From: an uncultured Gammaproteobacteria bacterium
GTDB taxonomy: Bacteria; Patescibacteriota; Microgenomatia; UBA10105; UBA927
Direction: 5' to 3'
NCBI GenBank assembly: GCA_964449675.1
Contig: CAYVAR010000001.1
Span: 44,877 to 108,876, forward strand
Length of the DNA: 64,000 nucleotides
Positions 9,335-18,523 of the stretch are shown here, in pieces. Under the pieces are notes generated by a model. The model had not been told where the DNA came from and made no database searches. It was given only the letters and a program-made list of their open reading frames with translations. A program made the position numbers and the translations under genes. Every line of letters starts with the position of its first letter. Positions within the stretch are counted from its first letter, which is position 1.

Positions 9335-9352
9335 AAACAAGGAGACTATGAG

Positions 9353-10066
9353 ATGAGTACCTTACGAATGTTTTGGGAACTTCTAAGGCGGACTGACGAT
9401 CGTATCGCCCGCGTGACCTTGCGGCTGCCCAAAAGGCTGCAAGGACTGGAGCTGCGCGACGACCTGACGCTTGCCGTAGCCATCACGAGAAGGATTTACG
9501 TGTATGGCGTTCTCGCGCTTTCGGCCTTCCTCGTGGTCTACGTGGCCTACTGGTTGCTCTTTAGCGGGCCACGGACGAGGCTCTCAGACCCAGCCCTCCA
9601 AACCGAGATCCCTACGGCCATCGCTTCACCGACGCCGCGGGTGATTATCGATCCCTGGAGCGGACATGAGTGGTTCTCAGCCGACGAGGCGCGAAACCTC
9701 AGGACCCAGGAGAACGTTATCAACCTGGCATATCTTGAGGACGGTAGCGCCAAGTACAGCGCAGGCTTTAGCGTAGTATTCACCGGCGAGACTCCTTGGG
9801 AGAATGCGGGCAAGCCCTTCGGCGTGAGCGAGCTGAGTGTCGAAGTTACCTCGGTTGCGCTCACCGCCCACGGTCAGCAATATACCCTGAACGTGTGGCA
9901 GCCGTTTGTGCTTTCCGAAAATTCTCAGGAGATCTACGTCGTTGATGCGACAGGCCAGTTGTGGCGGGCGCCACTGGCCGATCTGAGCCTCGTTCCTTTG
10001 GATCAGGTTATCGGCGACCTCCCGGCCCCGATTGCGCCCAACCCCAACCTCAGTTTTACCTACTGA
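9353..10066 (+). CDS. Single-pass membrane hypothetical protein (high GC)
   Basis: AAGGAGA SD before ATG 9353; TM segment IYVYGVLALSAFLVVYVAYWLLF; P/T-rich linker. Confidence 0.8.
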   Translation: MSTLRMFWELLRRTDDRIARVTLRLPKRLQGLELRDDLTLAVAITRRIYVYGVLALSAFLVVYVAYWLLFSGPRTRLSDPALQTEIPTAIASPTPRVIIDPWSGHEWFSADEARNLRTQENVINLAYLEDGSAKYSAGFSVVFTGETPWENAGKPFGVSELSVEVTSVALTAHGQQYTLNVWQPFVLSENSQEIYVVDATGQLWRAPLADLSLVPLDQVIGDLPAPIAPNPNLSFTY

Positions 10067-10080
10067 AAGGAAGGTATGAG

Positions 10081-11877
10081 ATGTTATTCACCTACAGTCT
10101 TGCATTCGCTGCGGGAGCGGCTGCTGCTGCAGGCCTGTTCGAGCTGTTCAACGGCCGCTTTAAACACCCGGTGAGCGCCGGATTCATCACGGGCGTCCTC
10201 ACCTTCATCGTCAACGCGGGGATCGTGTACTTCGGCATGCCGCCCTTCACCCACTGGCTCGCGGCCGGCTACCCGATTCTGTTCTTCGTGGATTTGGCTA
10301 TCGCTGCGGTCATCGTGGTCATTGACTCGGCGGTAACGTATGAAGAGCACCGCGCGGATGGTTCCGGCGGTTACGTAGCCGCAGGCACGTTCGTCGTGTT
10401 TCTGGTTGTTTGGGGTATGGTCGCCGCAGTGACCCCTCCCGGGGCATTCTGCGACAATCCCGGCTACCAGCGGATGGTCGCGCTCATAAACGTTGCTGAT
10501 AGCGACGCGGCGTTCCCGGACACCAACTTGGACAGTCTGGTGCGGGTTGCCCCGGAGACGGCTATGCTCAAGGCTAGCCGCGCAATCGGCGGCGACGCCA
10601 ACATCGGCTCCTACCTTGAAGTAAACAACCCTTACCTGCAAAAGGTCCAGGGGCGTTGGGTCTATGTTGTAGACCTTAAGGTAAAGGACTGGCGGGCCTT
10701 CGAAACTAAGGGTGCGGTCGTGCCCGGATATATCGTAGTTTCAGCAACGGATCCGCAAGCCGAGGCAGAATTTCGCACCGGCTATGCCATCCGCTATGCG
10801 CCAGACGCGCGCTGGGATCAGGACCTCGACCGGCACGCGTATCTAGGCTTCCTGTTGGGTTCTCCCTACCGCGTGATGGACTTGCGCGGTATGGAAGTTG
10901 ACGAGGAGTGGAACCCTCACTACACGGGCACACTCCTTCGTCATGAAGTAGGATTCGAAGGCAAGGTCGTGGTCGGGATGCTTGACGTCAATCCCCAATC
11001 CGGCGAGATGGCCATGTACACAGTCGGCGAGGTCCCCGAGTGGATCGACAGGATCTGGCCGCTCGAGCTTGTCAAAAGCTACGCAGGTTGGTGGGGTAGT
11101 TATATAGACCACCGGGCATGCGAGCTTCAAGGGGCTGCAGGTCAGCGCGCGATCGACAACACCAACGACGTCGTTACGAGCGCCGGACTCGAGTTTCAAG
11201 TCACGATGACGTCCGTCGGAACCGACCAGTCCCTAACGGAGATTCTCTACGTCGAGCCTCGGACGGGAATCGCCACTCGCTACAAGCTGACCGGCGCCAC
11301 AATCCAGGCTATCGACAACCTCGTTGATGAAGCCAGCCGGGAGATCACCGCCGAAGGTTACGAGCCAGTTGAATGCGAACTCCAGGTGCTTCTGGGCCGC
11401 CAGGTCTGGTACTGCGTCCTGACGGGCCGGGGCGGGGGCGAGGATCTCTCGAGCGGCTCCTACGCGGGGGTGGCCTTTGTCCAAGTGAAGTTTACCTCGG
11501 ATAACACCAAGGTAATCATCGCCGAAACGCTTGAAGAAGCCTACGCCCAGCTCCAGCGACAGATCGCCACGGAAAGTTCCGACGACCCGACCTTGCGCGA
11601 GGCTCAAGAAAAGATCCAAGTGGAAGGCGTGATCGAGCGCAAAGCCAGCATAGGCCAGGACGGTTTCGACACCACTGGTGGAGGTGCTTTCCTGTTCCTA
11701 ATTAAGGCTGACGACGGCAAGACCTACTACTGCCTGGCGCCGACCGCTAGCTGGAATGCGGCGCTCGCACGAGAAGGAGACCGGGTCACAATCACGGCCT
11801 TTCAGGAGCTTGACAAAAGCTACCTGACGGTGATTGATATCGCCATAGTCGGCGCGCCCGACTTCGATCCCAACTAA
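10081..11877 (+). CDS. Membrane protein with about 4 N-terminal TM helices and a large soluble domain (uncharacterised family)
   Basis: AAAGGAAGGT SD; PGYIVVSATDP, EVDEEWNPHY and VPEWIDRIWP motifs. Confidence 0.85.
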   Translation: MLFTYSLAFAAGAAAAAGLFELFNGRFKHPVSAGFITGVLTFIVNAGIVYFGMPPFTHWLAAGYPILFFVDLAIAAVIVVIDSAVTYEEHRADGSGGYVAAGTFVVFLVVWGMVAAVTPPGAFCDNPGYQRMVALINVADSDAAFPDTNLDSLVRVAPETAMLKASRAIGGDANIGSYLEVNNPYLQKVQGRWVYVVDLKVKDWRAFETKGAVVPGYIVVSATDPQAEAEFRTGYAIRYAPDARWDQDLDRHAYLGFLLGSPYRVMDLRGMEVDEEWNPHYTGTLLRHEVGFEGKVVVGMLDVNPQSGEMAMYTVGEVPEWIDRIWPLELVKSYAGWWGSYIDHRACELQGAAGQRAIDNTNDVVTSAGLEFQVTMTSVGTDQSLTEILYVEPRTGIATRYKLTGATIQAIDNLVDEASREITAEGYEPVECELQVLLGRQVWYCVLTGRGGGEDLSSGSYAGVAFVQVKFTSDNTKVIIAETLEEAYAQLQRQIATESSDDPTLREAQEKIQVEGVIERKASIGQDGFDTTGGGAFLFLIKADDGKTYYCLAPTASWNAALAREGDRVTITAFQELDKSYLTVIDIAIVGAPDFDPN

Positions 11878-11882
11878 CGTAT

Positions 11883-12003
11883 TCTCCTGTTACCCGAGGG
11901 TTGACTCTCGGTAGAACTATCACACCAGAGTGGAGGACGGACGATGATCCGATTGTCTGCGCGAATTTTGCGCATACGATTTGATCCATTTTCCGTTCCT
12001 CCA
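11883..12003 (+). ncRNA. Structured 3' trailer complementary to the cassette leader
   Basis: 11883-11895 is the reverse complement of 9319-9331; 11920-11929 of 9258-9267; long hairpin at 11931-12003. Confidence 0.65.
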
Positions 12004-12077
12004 TAGCCCTCTTCCGATGATTATCGGGACTGATGAGTCGGTCTTTCTACTATATAGGACTACGACGAAAGAGCTAT
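12003..12077 (+). ncRNA. Type III hammerhead ribozyme
   Basis: Stem III ATAGCCCT/AGAGCTAT; cleavage triplet CUC (C12011); stem I TTCCGAT/ATCGGGA; core CTGATGA 12030-12036; stem II GTCG/CGAC; GAAA 12067-12070. Confidence 0.88.
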
Positions 12078-12240
12078 TTTAAATAATGATTACCATAGAT
12101 TAAAGATATAAATAACGTCGACGACGTATATATTTGTCCGGGACTTGGCTAAACGTCATTTTCATACAATCCACCATTTTTCAGTTTAAACGGTTGAACC
12201 AACCTCCAAATCCCTCTATACTAACTGGTACACCATCTTT

Positions 12241-14394
12241 ATGTTTGGAAGAAAGAAAAAGCGCGCGTATAGGAAGCGCAAATCATTTGGCATCAAGCTT
12301 AAAAAGCAGACTGTCTATACGGTCGGGGCTATATGGTTATGGCTTTTTGCGGGAGCTATAACCCTCGCGTTTTTTGGAGAAGGATCAGTGTTATCTACTC
12401 TTCGCGAAGGACTCTTGCAGCACGTCGGTTGGGTCATGTATGGGCTACCGCCGTTTCTCGTCACCTTAAGTTTTCTCTTTTTTAACGTGAAATCAGATAT
12501 AGGGAAACCAAATGTCCCCTTGGGCTTAGGCGTTCTTCTTCTTTCTCTTATAGGCGTCACGCAAGCGGGAACGTTTGGTGAATTTTTGTGGAATATTGTT
12601 TCAAATAACTCCGCAGCTGAGGTAACAATTTTGGTCTATATCGGTCTTTTTATGGTTGGCTTGATCGTCCTTTTCAACACTTCTCTTGACCGATTTATGA
12701 ATATTATCCTTTCTGCGTTTCAAAAAATGGGTGAGTTGCTTGCAGTAGCCGTAGAAAATATTTTTTCTAAAAAGGAAATCCCGCTTTTTGCAAAAGACAA
12801 ACAACTTAAAATAAAAGGTACAGATGATGAAAAGCTATTAGGAAAGGCACCTATGCCGCTTCCTCCGATACTAGGAAAGTCACAAGCGATGGCTGGTGTG
12901 ACATCGACCAAGTCTGATCTTTCGATACACGCACCGCTTGCAAGTTCAAACGACGCGATATGGGAGTATCCACCGTTGACGCTTCTCTCTGATGGTCCTG
13001 GTCAAAAAGCAGATCGCGGTGACATGAGAAAGAATGCATCCATCATAGAAAAAACCCTTGAAGGATTTGGGATAACGGCAAAAGTAACTGAAGTAAATAC
13101 CGGTCCGGCGGTCACGCAGTACGCACTTGAGATAGCATTAGGTACAAAAGTGTCAAAGATTACATCACTTTCAAGTGACCTTGCGCTTGCTCTTGCTGCT
13201 CCCACCGGTCAAGTGCGCATAGAAGCGCCGATACCCGGACGAAGCTTGGTGGGAATTGAAATTCCAAATAGGGGGCTTGAGTTTGTTACCCTTAAACGGA
13301 TGCTTACTTCCGACGTACTTCGTAAGTCAAAAAGTAAACTCGCTGTCGCATTGGGACTTGATGTGTCTGGGAGTCCACTCATCGCAGATATAGGAAAAAT
13401 GCCTCACGTATTGGTAGCCGGAACTACCGGTAGCGGCAAGTCGGTGCTTGTTAATTCGTGGATTTGTTCGCTACTGTTTCGTACTACACCATCGGAAGTA
13501 CGACTTATCTTGGTTGATCCAAAACGAGTGGAACTCACTGGATACAACGGTATACCGCATCTTTTAACTCCGGTCATCGTTGAACCGGATAAAATTCTTT
13601 CCGCCCTTCGCTGGGCGATGACAGAGATGGAAAATCGCTATAAGCAGTTTGCTGAGGTGGGAGTCCGGAATATCGACGGATTCAATGAACTATCCGGATT
13701 TCAAGCGATGCCCTACATTGTGATCCTTATTGATGAACTCGCTGATCTTATGGCGTATGCGCCAGTTGAAGTAGAAGATGCTATTTGTCGCATAGCGCAA
13801 ATGGCTCGAGCAACGGGGATTCATCTCGTATTGGCAACGCAGCGGCCGTCAGTTGACGTTATCACAGGACTTATTAAAGCCAACGTACCTTCTCGTATAG
13901 CCTTTAATGTATCTTCCATGATTGATTCTCGCGTTATTATCGATATGCCGGGAGCTGAAAAACTCCTCGGTCGCGGAGATATGCTGTATGTCCCGCCAGA
14001 CCAGTCAAAACCAAGTAGAATTCAGGGAACGTTTGTTTCAGAGCAGGAAGTTAATAAAGTCGTAGATTTCCTTAAAGTAAAAAATGTGCCTGTGCAGTAT
14101 ACCGAGGAAGTAACAAAGCAACCGCTTACTGGGTGGAAAAGAGGGCTTGCGGTAAACGCTGGAACTGATGGGAAGGATCCGCTTTTTGAAGACGCACTTC
14201 GGCTTATATGCCAGCATGACAAAGCATCAGCGTCACTTCTTCAACGACGTCTTTCTGTTGGGTATGCGCGTGCTGCACGAATTTTGGATCAGTTGGAAGG
14301 TGCCGGTATTATTGGTCCGGGAGAAGGCAGTAAGCCTCGAGATGTCCTCGTAAAAAACGCGGATGATTATCTTGCCCTACAAGCACAACAGTAG
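12241..14394 (+). CDS. ftsK: DNA translocase FtsK/SpoIIIE
   Basis: N-terminal TM helices; GTTGSGKS, DPKRVEL and LATQRPS; gamma domain SLLQRRL. Confidence 0.96.
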   Translation: MFGRKKKRAYRKRKSFGIKLKKQTVYTVGAIWLWLFAGAITLAFFGEGSVLSTLREGLLQHVGWVMYGLPPFLVTLSFLFFNVKSDIGKPNVPLGLGVLLLSLIGVTQAGTFGEFLWNIVSNNSAAEVTILVYIGLFMVGLIVLFNTSLDRFMNIILSAFQKMGELLAVAVENIFSKKEIPLFAKDKQLKIKGTDDEKLLGKAPMPLPPILGKSQAMAGVTSTKSDLSIHAPLASSNDAIWEYPPLTLLSDGPGQKADRGDMRKNASIIEKTLEGFGITAKVTEVNTGPAVTQYALEIALGTKVSKITSLSSDLALALAAPTGQVRIEAPIPGRSLVGIEIPNRGLEFVTLKRMLTSDVLRKSKSKLAVALGLDVSGSPLIADIGKMPHVLVAGTTGSGKSVLVNSWICSLLFRTTPSEVRLILVDPKRVELTGYNGIPHLLTPVIVEPDKILSALRWAMTEMENRYKQFAEVGVRNIDGFNELSGFQAMPYIVILIDELADLMAYAPVEVEDAICRIAQMARATGIHLVLATQRPSVDVITGLIKANVPSRIAFNVSSMIDSRVIIDMPGAEKLLGRGDMLYVPPDQSKPSRIQGTFVSEQEVNKVVDFLKVKNVPVQYTEEVTKQPLTGWKRGLAVNAGTDGKDPLFEDALRLICQHDKASASLLQRRLSVGYARAARILDQLEGAGIIGPGEGSKPRDVLVKNADDYLALQAQQ

Positions 14395-14410
14395 CTAAAT
14401 AGCAAGGCCA

Positions 14411-14489
14411 GTTACTCCGTTACTTAGAAAGAGCAAATTCTTTTTTTATTTTTTTCCTAATAACTAAGTAACAAAGTAACCAAGTAACC
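14411..14489. repeat. Short-tandem-repeat hairpin element
   Basis: GTTACT units facing AAGTAAC units with 8-nt period. Confidence 0.6.
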
Positions 14490-14496
14490 TTTTTTC

Positions 14497-15129
14497 ATGA
14501 AAACAGTAGGATCTATACTCAAGGAAGCTCGAATTGGGAAAGAAATAACACTTGAACAAGTAGAAAAAGCGACGAAAATTCGTGAGAAATTTTTGCATGC
14601 CATAGAAGCAGATGATTATACAACGCTTCCATCTCCTTCCTATGCGAAAGGATTTGTAAAAAACTATAGTGCTTTTTTAGGACTTGATATTGAATGGGTA
14701 CTCGCGTTTTTCCGCCGACAAACCAGAGAGCCACCTCGGTCTACGCTTTTACCCAAACAACAGGACGAGTTGGAAAAACCGTTCTTCCGCCTTACACCGA
14801 ATCGATTCCTCTTGCTATTTGTGGCGAGTTTGGTACTTATTTTTTTGTCGTATCTAGGACTCCAATATCGTAAATTAACATCACCTCCGTTCCTTTCTAT
14901 CGAATCTCCAAAAGAACAAATCGTAAAAGATAAACGTGTAGATATTCTTGGAAAAACAGATACAGATGCAACAGTGACTATAAATGATGTTTCAGTATTC
15001 GTACGAAGTGATGGACGATTTTTCGATCAAAGAATTCTTAACGAAGGAATAAATAAAATTGTTATTACTTCGACGAGTCGGTACGGAAAAACAACGACAG
15101 CAACTCGAGAGGTAACGTACAAACCTTAG
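14497..15129 (+). CDS. RodZ-like HTH membrane protein
   Basis: VGSILKEAR...TKIR...YAKGFVKNY; TM helix; Ig-like C-terminus. Confidence 0.8.
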   Translation: MKTVGSILKEARIGKEITLEQVEKATKIREKFLHAIEADDYTTLPSPSYAKGFVKNYSAFLGLDIEWVLAFFRRQTREPPRSTLLPKQQDELEKPFFRLTPNRFLLLFVASLVLIFLSYLGLQYRKLTSPPFLSIESPKEQIVKDKRVDILGKTDTDATVTINDVSVFVRSDGRFFDQRILNEGINKIVITSTSRYGKTTTATREVTYKP

Positions 15130-15168
15130 TCATTGACAGATATCTGGTTTTTGGAGATACTAGTGAAG

Positions 15169-15297
15169 TAAATTCTAAGCACTAAATACTAAATCTGAAA
15201 CAAATTTAAAATAAAAATATTCAATTTTTAAACTTTTTCTATTAGTATTTTGAATCTATAATTTATTTAGAAACTAGATATTAGTGTTTAGAATTTT
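15169..15297. repeat. Short-tandem-repeat hairpin element
   Basis: CTAAATA-like 7-mers facing TTTAG/TTAG units. Confidence 0.6.
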
Positions 15298-15309
15298 ATA
15301 ATCTGCCTC

Positions 15310-15570
15310 ATGGAACCTATACAGCTAACTATTATTGTAATAAGCATTATCCTCACAACTCTATTTGTTTTCCTCGGCATTCAAGTGTGGCATATCCTCA
15401 AAGAAATGAAATTATCTCTTGAGAAAGTCAACAAGATGCTTGATGATGCTGGAAAAGTCACAGGAACGGTGAGTACGGGAGTAAGCGGTATGGCGGGACT
15501 TGTGGAAGGACTTAAAACTGGACTATCAGTGTTTAGTGCATTTCGAAAAAAGCACGAAGACTATGAATGA
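15310..15570 (+). CDS. DUF948-like small membrane protein
   Basis: N-terminal TM plus coiled coil; lies upstream of a YtxH-like gene. Confidence 0.65.
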   Translation: MEPIQLTIIVISIILTTLFVFLGIQVWHILKEMKLSLEKVNKMLDDAGKVTGTVSTGVSGMAGLVEGLKTGLSVFSAFRKKHEDYE

Positions 15571-15955
15571 TGATCATCAGGGGCGAGACTTCAAATTCTG
15601 GGTAGGTTTTTTTGTCGGGGGTCTGCTTGGGGCGATCGTTTTATTTTTTCTGGGAACAAAGGAAGGAAAAAAAACGGGAAGATTTTTGGAGGATAAAGGA
15701 AAAGATCTAATCGATGAACTTCAGGATCGTTTGGGTGAGCTTGAGAAGAAAGGCAAAGAACTTGCCAAGCAAGGAGAAGAGATCAAAGAGGAAGTTTTAG
15801 AAACGCTTGATGATAAAAAGGAACACCTAACAGAAAAAGCGACGGAAAAATTAGATGAAGCGCTTGAGCATATAGAAAAGCTGCAAGAACACGGCCGCCA
15901 GACGACGATAGCCATAAGAAAACGCCTCTTCAAAAACCTTCCAAAGAGACCATAA
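15563..15955 (+). CDS. YtxH-domain protein
   Basis: FWVGFFVGGLLGAIV...EGKKT followed by a coiled coil. Confidence 0.75.
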   Translation: MNDDHQGRDFKFWVGFFVGGLLGAIVLFFLGTKEGKKTGRFLEDKGKDLIDELQDRLGELEKKGKELAKQGEEIKEEVLETLDDKKEHLTEKATEKLDEALEHIEKLQEHGRQTTIAIRKRLFKNLPKRP

Positions 15956-15963
15956 AAAATAAT

Positions 15964-17628
15964 CTATTGAGATTTATATTGCAATGTACCAGACTCAAGT
16001 GCATTAAGAAACTGGGAGGCTTGAGTAAATGATGGATCTATAGAAAGGGCTTTTTCGAATGCTTCTTTAGCATTTTCTTTATCATCTAGTGCAACGAAAA
16101 TAACGCCGAGATTAGTGTAAAGAGCGGCATTGTTTGAATCAATGGTCAAACCTACTTTGATATGTTTCAATGCTTCAGTTAGATCCTTTCTTTCATAGAG
16201 AAGCGCTGCGATATTTTGATGCGATTGCCAAAGCGTCGGATTATAATCCAAAGCTTTTTGATATTGGCTGATGGCTTCGTCGTTTTTCCCAAGACTTCGA
16301 TAGGCATTGCCGAGATTGTGATAGGCGTCAGCGTAGTTTGGTTTGAGGGCAATTGCTTCTTGAAATTCTTGTGCAGCTCGCGTGTGATCGCCGCGACGCC
16401 CATAGACATCACCGAGGTTGTTATGCGTATTGGGACTACTTGGCGAGGTTTTACCGGTCGCTATCCAGAGCGTATCTTCATTTTTCCAGTCGTTATTTCG
16501 GACAACAGTTCGAATGCTTAAAGCAATAATTATGAGAATCCAAAGTATTATAAAGATTTGTCTCATATGATGTTTTCGAAATCCATAATCAGCACAAAGA
16601 GCAGTAAGTACACATAGTCCTGCAACGCTTAGATACGCATATCGTTCGGCTACGACCCACGTGAGCGGTAATGGGATGAGTGTCGGTATAAGCGGGATGA
16701 TAAAGAATCCAAACCAGAAAGAAATTTTTCTATTGATCTTAAAGAAAACTATCGCACACAAAAAGTAACCGAGTACCAAAAGTGCGCGAAGAATGAAAAT
16801 AAATTTCGTAAAAGACAATTCTGACTGATAGATAGTTAATTTGTTCGGCCATGCAAAAAGCAAGAGGTAGGAGGAAAGCGCTATAGGGATACGGATCAGT
16901 GGATTATCTATGGTGATTTGCGTTTGCGTTTCTTGGGTAAGATACGAAAGCCTGTTAGATAAGCGACCAGAGTAAAACCAGCCGAACATATACAAAAGAC
17001 TTAAAACAAAAAATATTGTTACAATGCGCCAGTTTTTTTTTACATTACCAGAGCAAATTTCATAGAGAGGGAAAACGAGAAAGAGTATGCTTGCTTTTTC
17101 TGAAGAAAGAAGCGATAGAAGAAACGATACAATTGACAGAACCAGAATTATTTTTTTTGTTTTTGCGACCAGATAAAGATAGAAAGACAGTAAGAAAAAA
17201 AAGCTATATTGTGCATAGACGCCACCAGAAATCCAGGTGATTGTTTCCACCAAAAGCGGGTGGACGGCAAAAAGCGTTCCAGAGAGAATGCCGATACGCT
17301 TCGAAAATATTTTTTGTGCAATTCCATAAACGAGAATGGTGTTTCCTATGTGGAAGGCGATGTTGCCAAGTCTATAAAAGATTGGTTGGAACCCAAAGAA
17401 TTTATAAGTAATAAGGTAAACCAAGAGACGAAAGGACGTAAGAAATTTACTAAATACAAATGCAAGGTTCCATGATGGTGCATTGATGAGAATACCTCTA
17501 TCGTCAGATACAAACCCATTGAATAAACTATTACTATAGGCGATGCTAATAAGAGTGATGATCGATAAAATATATAGCAAGTTTTTTTTTAACAATTGAG
17601 AATTCAAAAACGAGAGAAGTTTACCCAT
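15964..17628 (-). CDS. TMTC-like GT-C membrane glycosyltransferase with C-terminal TPRs
   Basis: NGFVSDD, FAVHPLLVE, SLLSSEK and AERYAYLS motifs; TPR repeats. Confidence 0.8.
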   Translation of the reverse strand: MGKLLSFLNSQLLKKNLLYILSIITLISIAYSNSLFNGFVSDDRGILINAPSWNLAFVFSKFLTSFRLLVYLITYKFFGFQPIFYRLGNIAFHIGNTILVYGIAQKIFSKRIGILSGTLFAVHPLLVETITWISGGVYAQYSFFFLLSFYLYLVAKTKKIILVLSIVSFLLSLLSSEKASILFLVFPLYEICSGNVKKNWRIVTIFFVLSLLYMFGWFYSGRLSNRLSYLTQETQTQITIDNPLIRIPIALSSYLLLFAWPNKLTIYQSELSFTKFIFILRALLVLGYFLCAIVFFKINRKISFWFGFFIIPLIPTLIPLPLTWVVAERYAYLSVAGLCVLTALCADYGFRKHHMRQIFIILWILIIIALSIRTVVRNNDWKNEDTLWIATGKTSPSSPNTHNNLGDVYGRRGDHTRAAQEFQEAIALKPNYADAYHNLGNAYRSLGKNDEAISQYQKALDYNPTLWQSHQNIAALLYERKDLTEALKHIKVGLTIDSNNAALYTNLGVIFVALDDKENAKEAFEKALSIDPSFTQASQFLNALESGTLQYKSQ

Positions 17629-17663
17629 GAAAATATTGTACTACGAAGTATATAAAACCAAGA

Positions 17664-17707
17664 GGACGCAGAAATACTGCGAATAAATTCATAGTATTTC
17701 TGCGTCC
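17664..17707. terminator. Long intergenic hairpin
   Basis: GGACGCAGAAATACT ... AGTATTTCTGCGTCC, a perfect 15-bp stem. Confidence 0.55.
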
Positions 17708-17716
17708 ATAGAATTG

Positions 17717-17908
17717 TTACCAACCGAGTGCTTTCGTGACATCATCTGCGCTATTATATGTTCCCTCTGCAAGGTGTTCATTGAACCACTGCTTGTCTTC
17801 TGCGGAAAAGTCTGATAAATTATCGCATTCTGCGAGAAGTTGTGCTTTCGTCGCCGGATATGTTTGATGATTTTTTAAATGATCAACCGCTGCTGCTTGA
17901 TTTTGCAT
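17717..17908 (-). CDS. Small hypothetical protein (DUF2795-like)
   Basis: YPATKAQL and TYNSADDV; GGGGGTGA SD. Confidence 0.7.
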   Translation of the reverse strand: MQNQAAAVDHLKNHQTYPATKAQLLAECDNLSDFSAEDKQWFNEHLAEGTYNSADDVTKALGW

Positions 17909-17993
17909 TTTGTAATCACCCCCAATCTCTCAAAGGAAAAAGTGTGCTTATTGTGTGAGATAGCGTACAGATTTGCAAGAGGGAAAAAATGGG

Positions 17994-18521
17994 TTACTTT
18001 GAAATAAATTTCATGTATTCCTTATCGGTGATAATATCTCTATTATTTTTGATGCGATCAAGGAAAACGATGCCATCAAGATAATCGATTTCATGTTGAA
18101 TGATGCGTGCGATGAAATTAGAAAATTTTTTCCGATGTTTCTCACCTTTTCTATCTATATATTCTATAGTAATCGTTTCAAAACGAGGGATGAGGCCGCG
18201 GATCCCCGTAATACTCAAACACCCTTCCCAATCTTTCTTTTTTACTTTTGAGTGAGAAAGAATTTTTGGGTTAATCATCGACGTAGACTTCATTTCTGGT
18301 GCGTTGGGGTAACGGGGATTTGGATGCGATGCGACGATAATTATCCGGAGCGACTCATACACTTGTGGTGCTGCAATGCCCACACCGTTGACGTCCATGA
18401 CTGTTGCAAGGAGATCATCGATCAAAGATTGAATACGCGAGCCTCGTACGTTTTCCACTTCTTTTGCTTTTTGACGAAGGATAGGATGTCCTAATTGTGC
18501 AACTTGAAGAAGTCGTGCCAT
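17994..18521 (-). CDS. def: Peptide deformylase with an altered metal-binding motif
   Basis: GVGIAAPQ and EGCLS present; QHEIDYLDG instead of QHExDHLxG. Confidence 0.9.
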   Translation of the reverse strand: MARLLQVAQLGHPILRQKAKEVENVRGSRIQSLIDDLLATVMDVNGVGIAAPQVYESLRIIIVASHPNPRYPNAPEMKSTSMINPKILSHSKVKKKDWEGCLSITGIRGLIPRFETITIEYIDRKGEKHRKKFSNFIARIIQHEIDYLDGIVFLDRIKNNRDIITDKEYMKFISK

Positions 18522-18523
18522 AT

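Noticed and set aside
9000-9350. A second, 5' hammerhead or a known riboswitch in the cassette leader
   Set aside because: No CUGANGA/GAAA core was seen on either strand and no aptamer was recognised; other ribozyme classes cannot be excluded by eye
9089-9352. 88-aa N-terminal extension of the first cassette ORF
   Set aside because: It runs through the RNA hairpins; a strong SD supports ATG 9353
9961-10080. Upstream extension of the 638-aa ORF
   Set aside because: It overlaps the previous gene; the SD supports 10081
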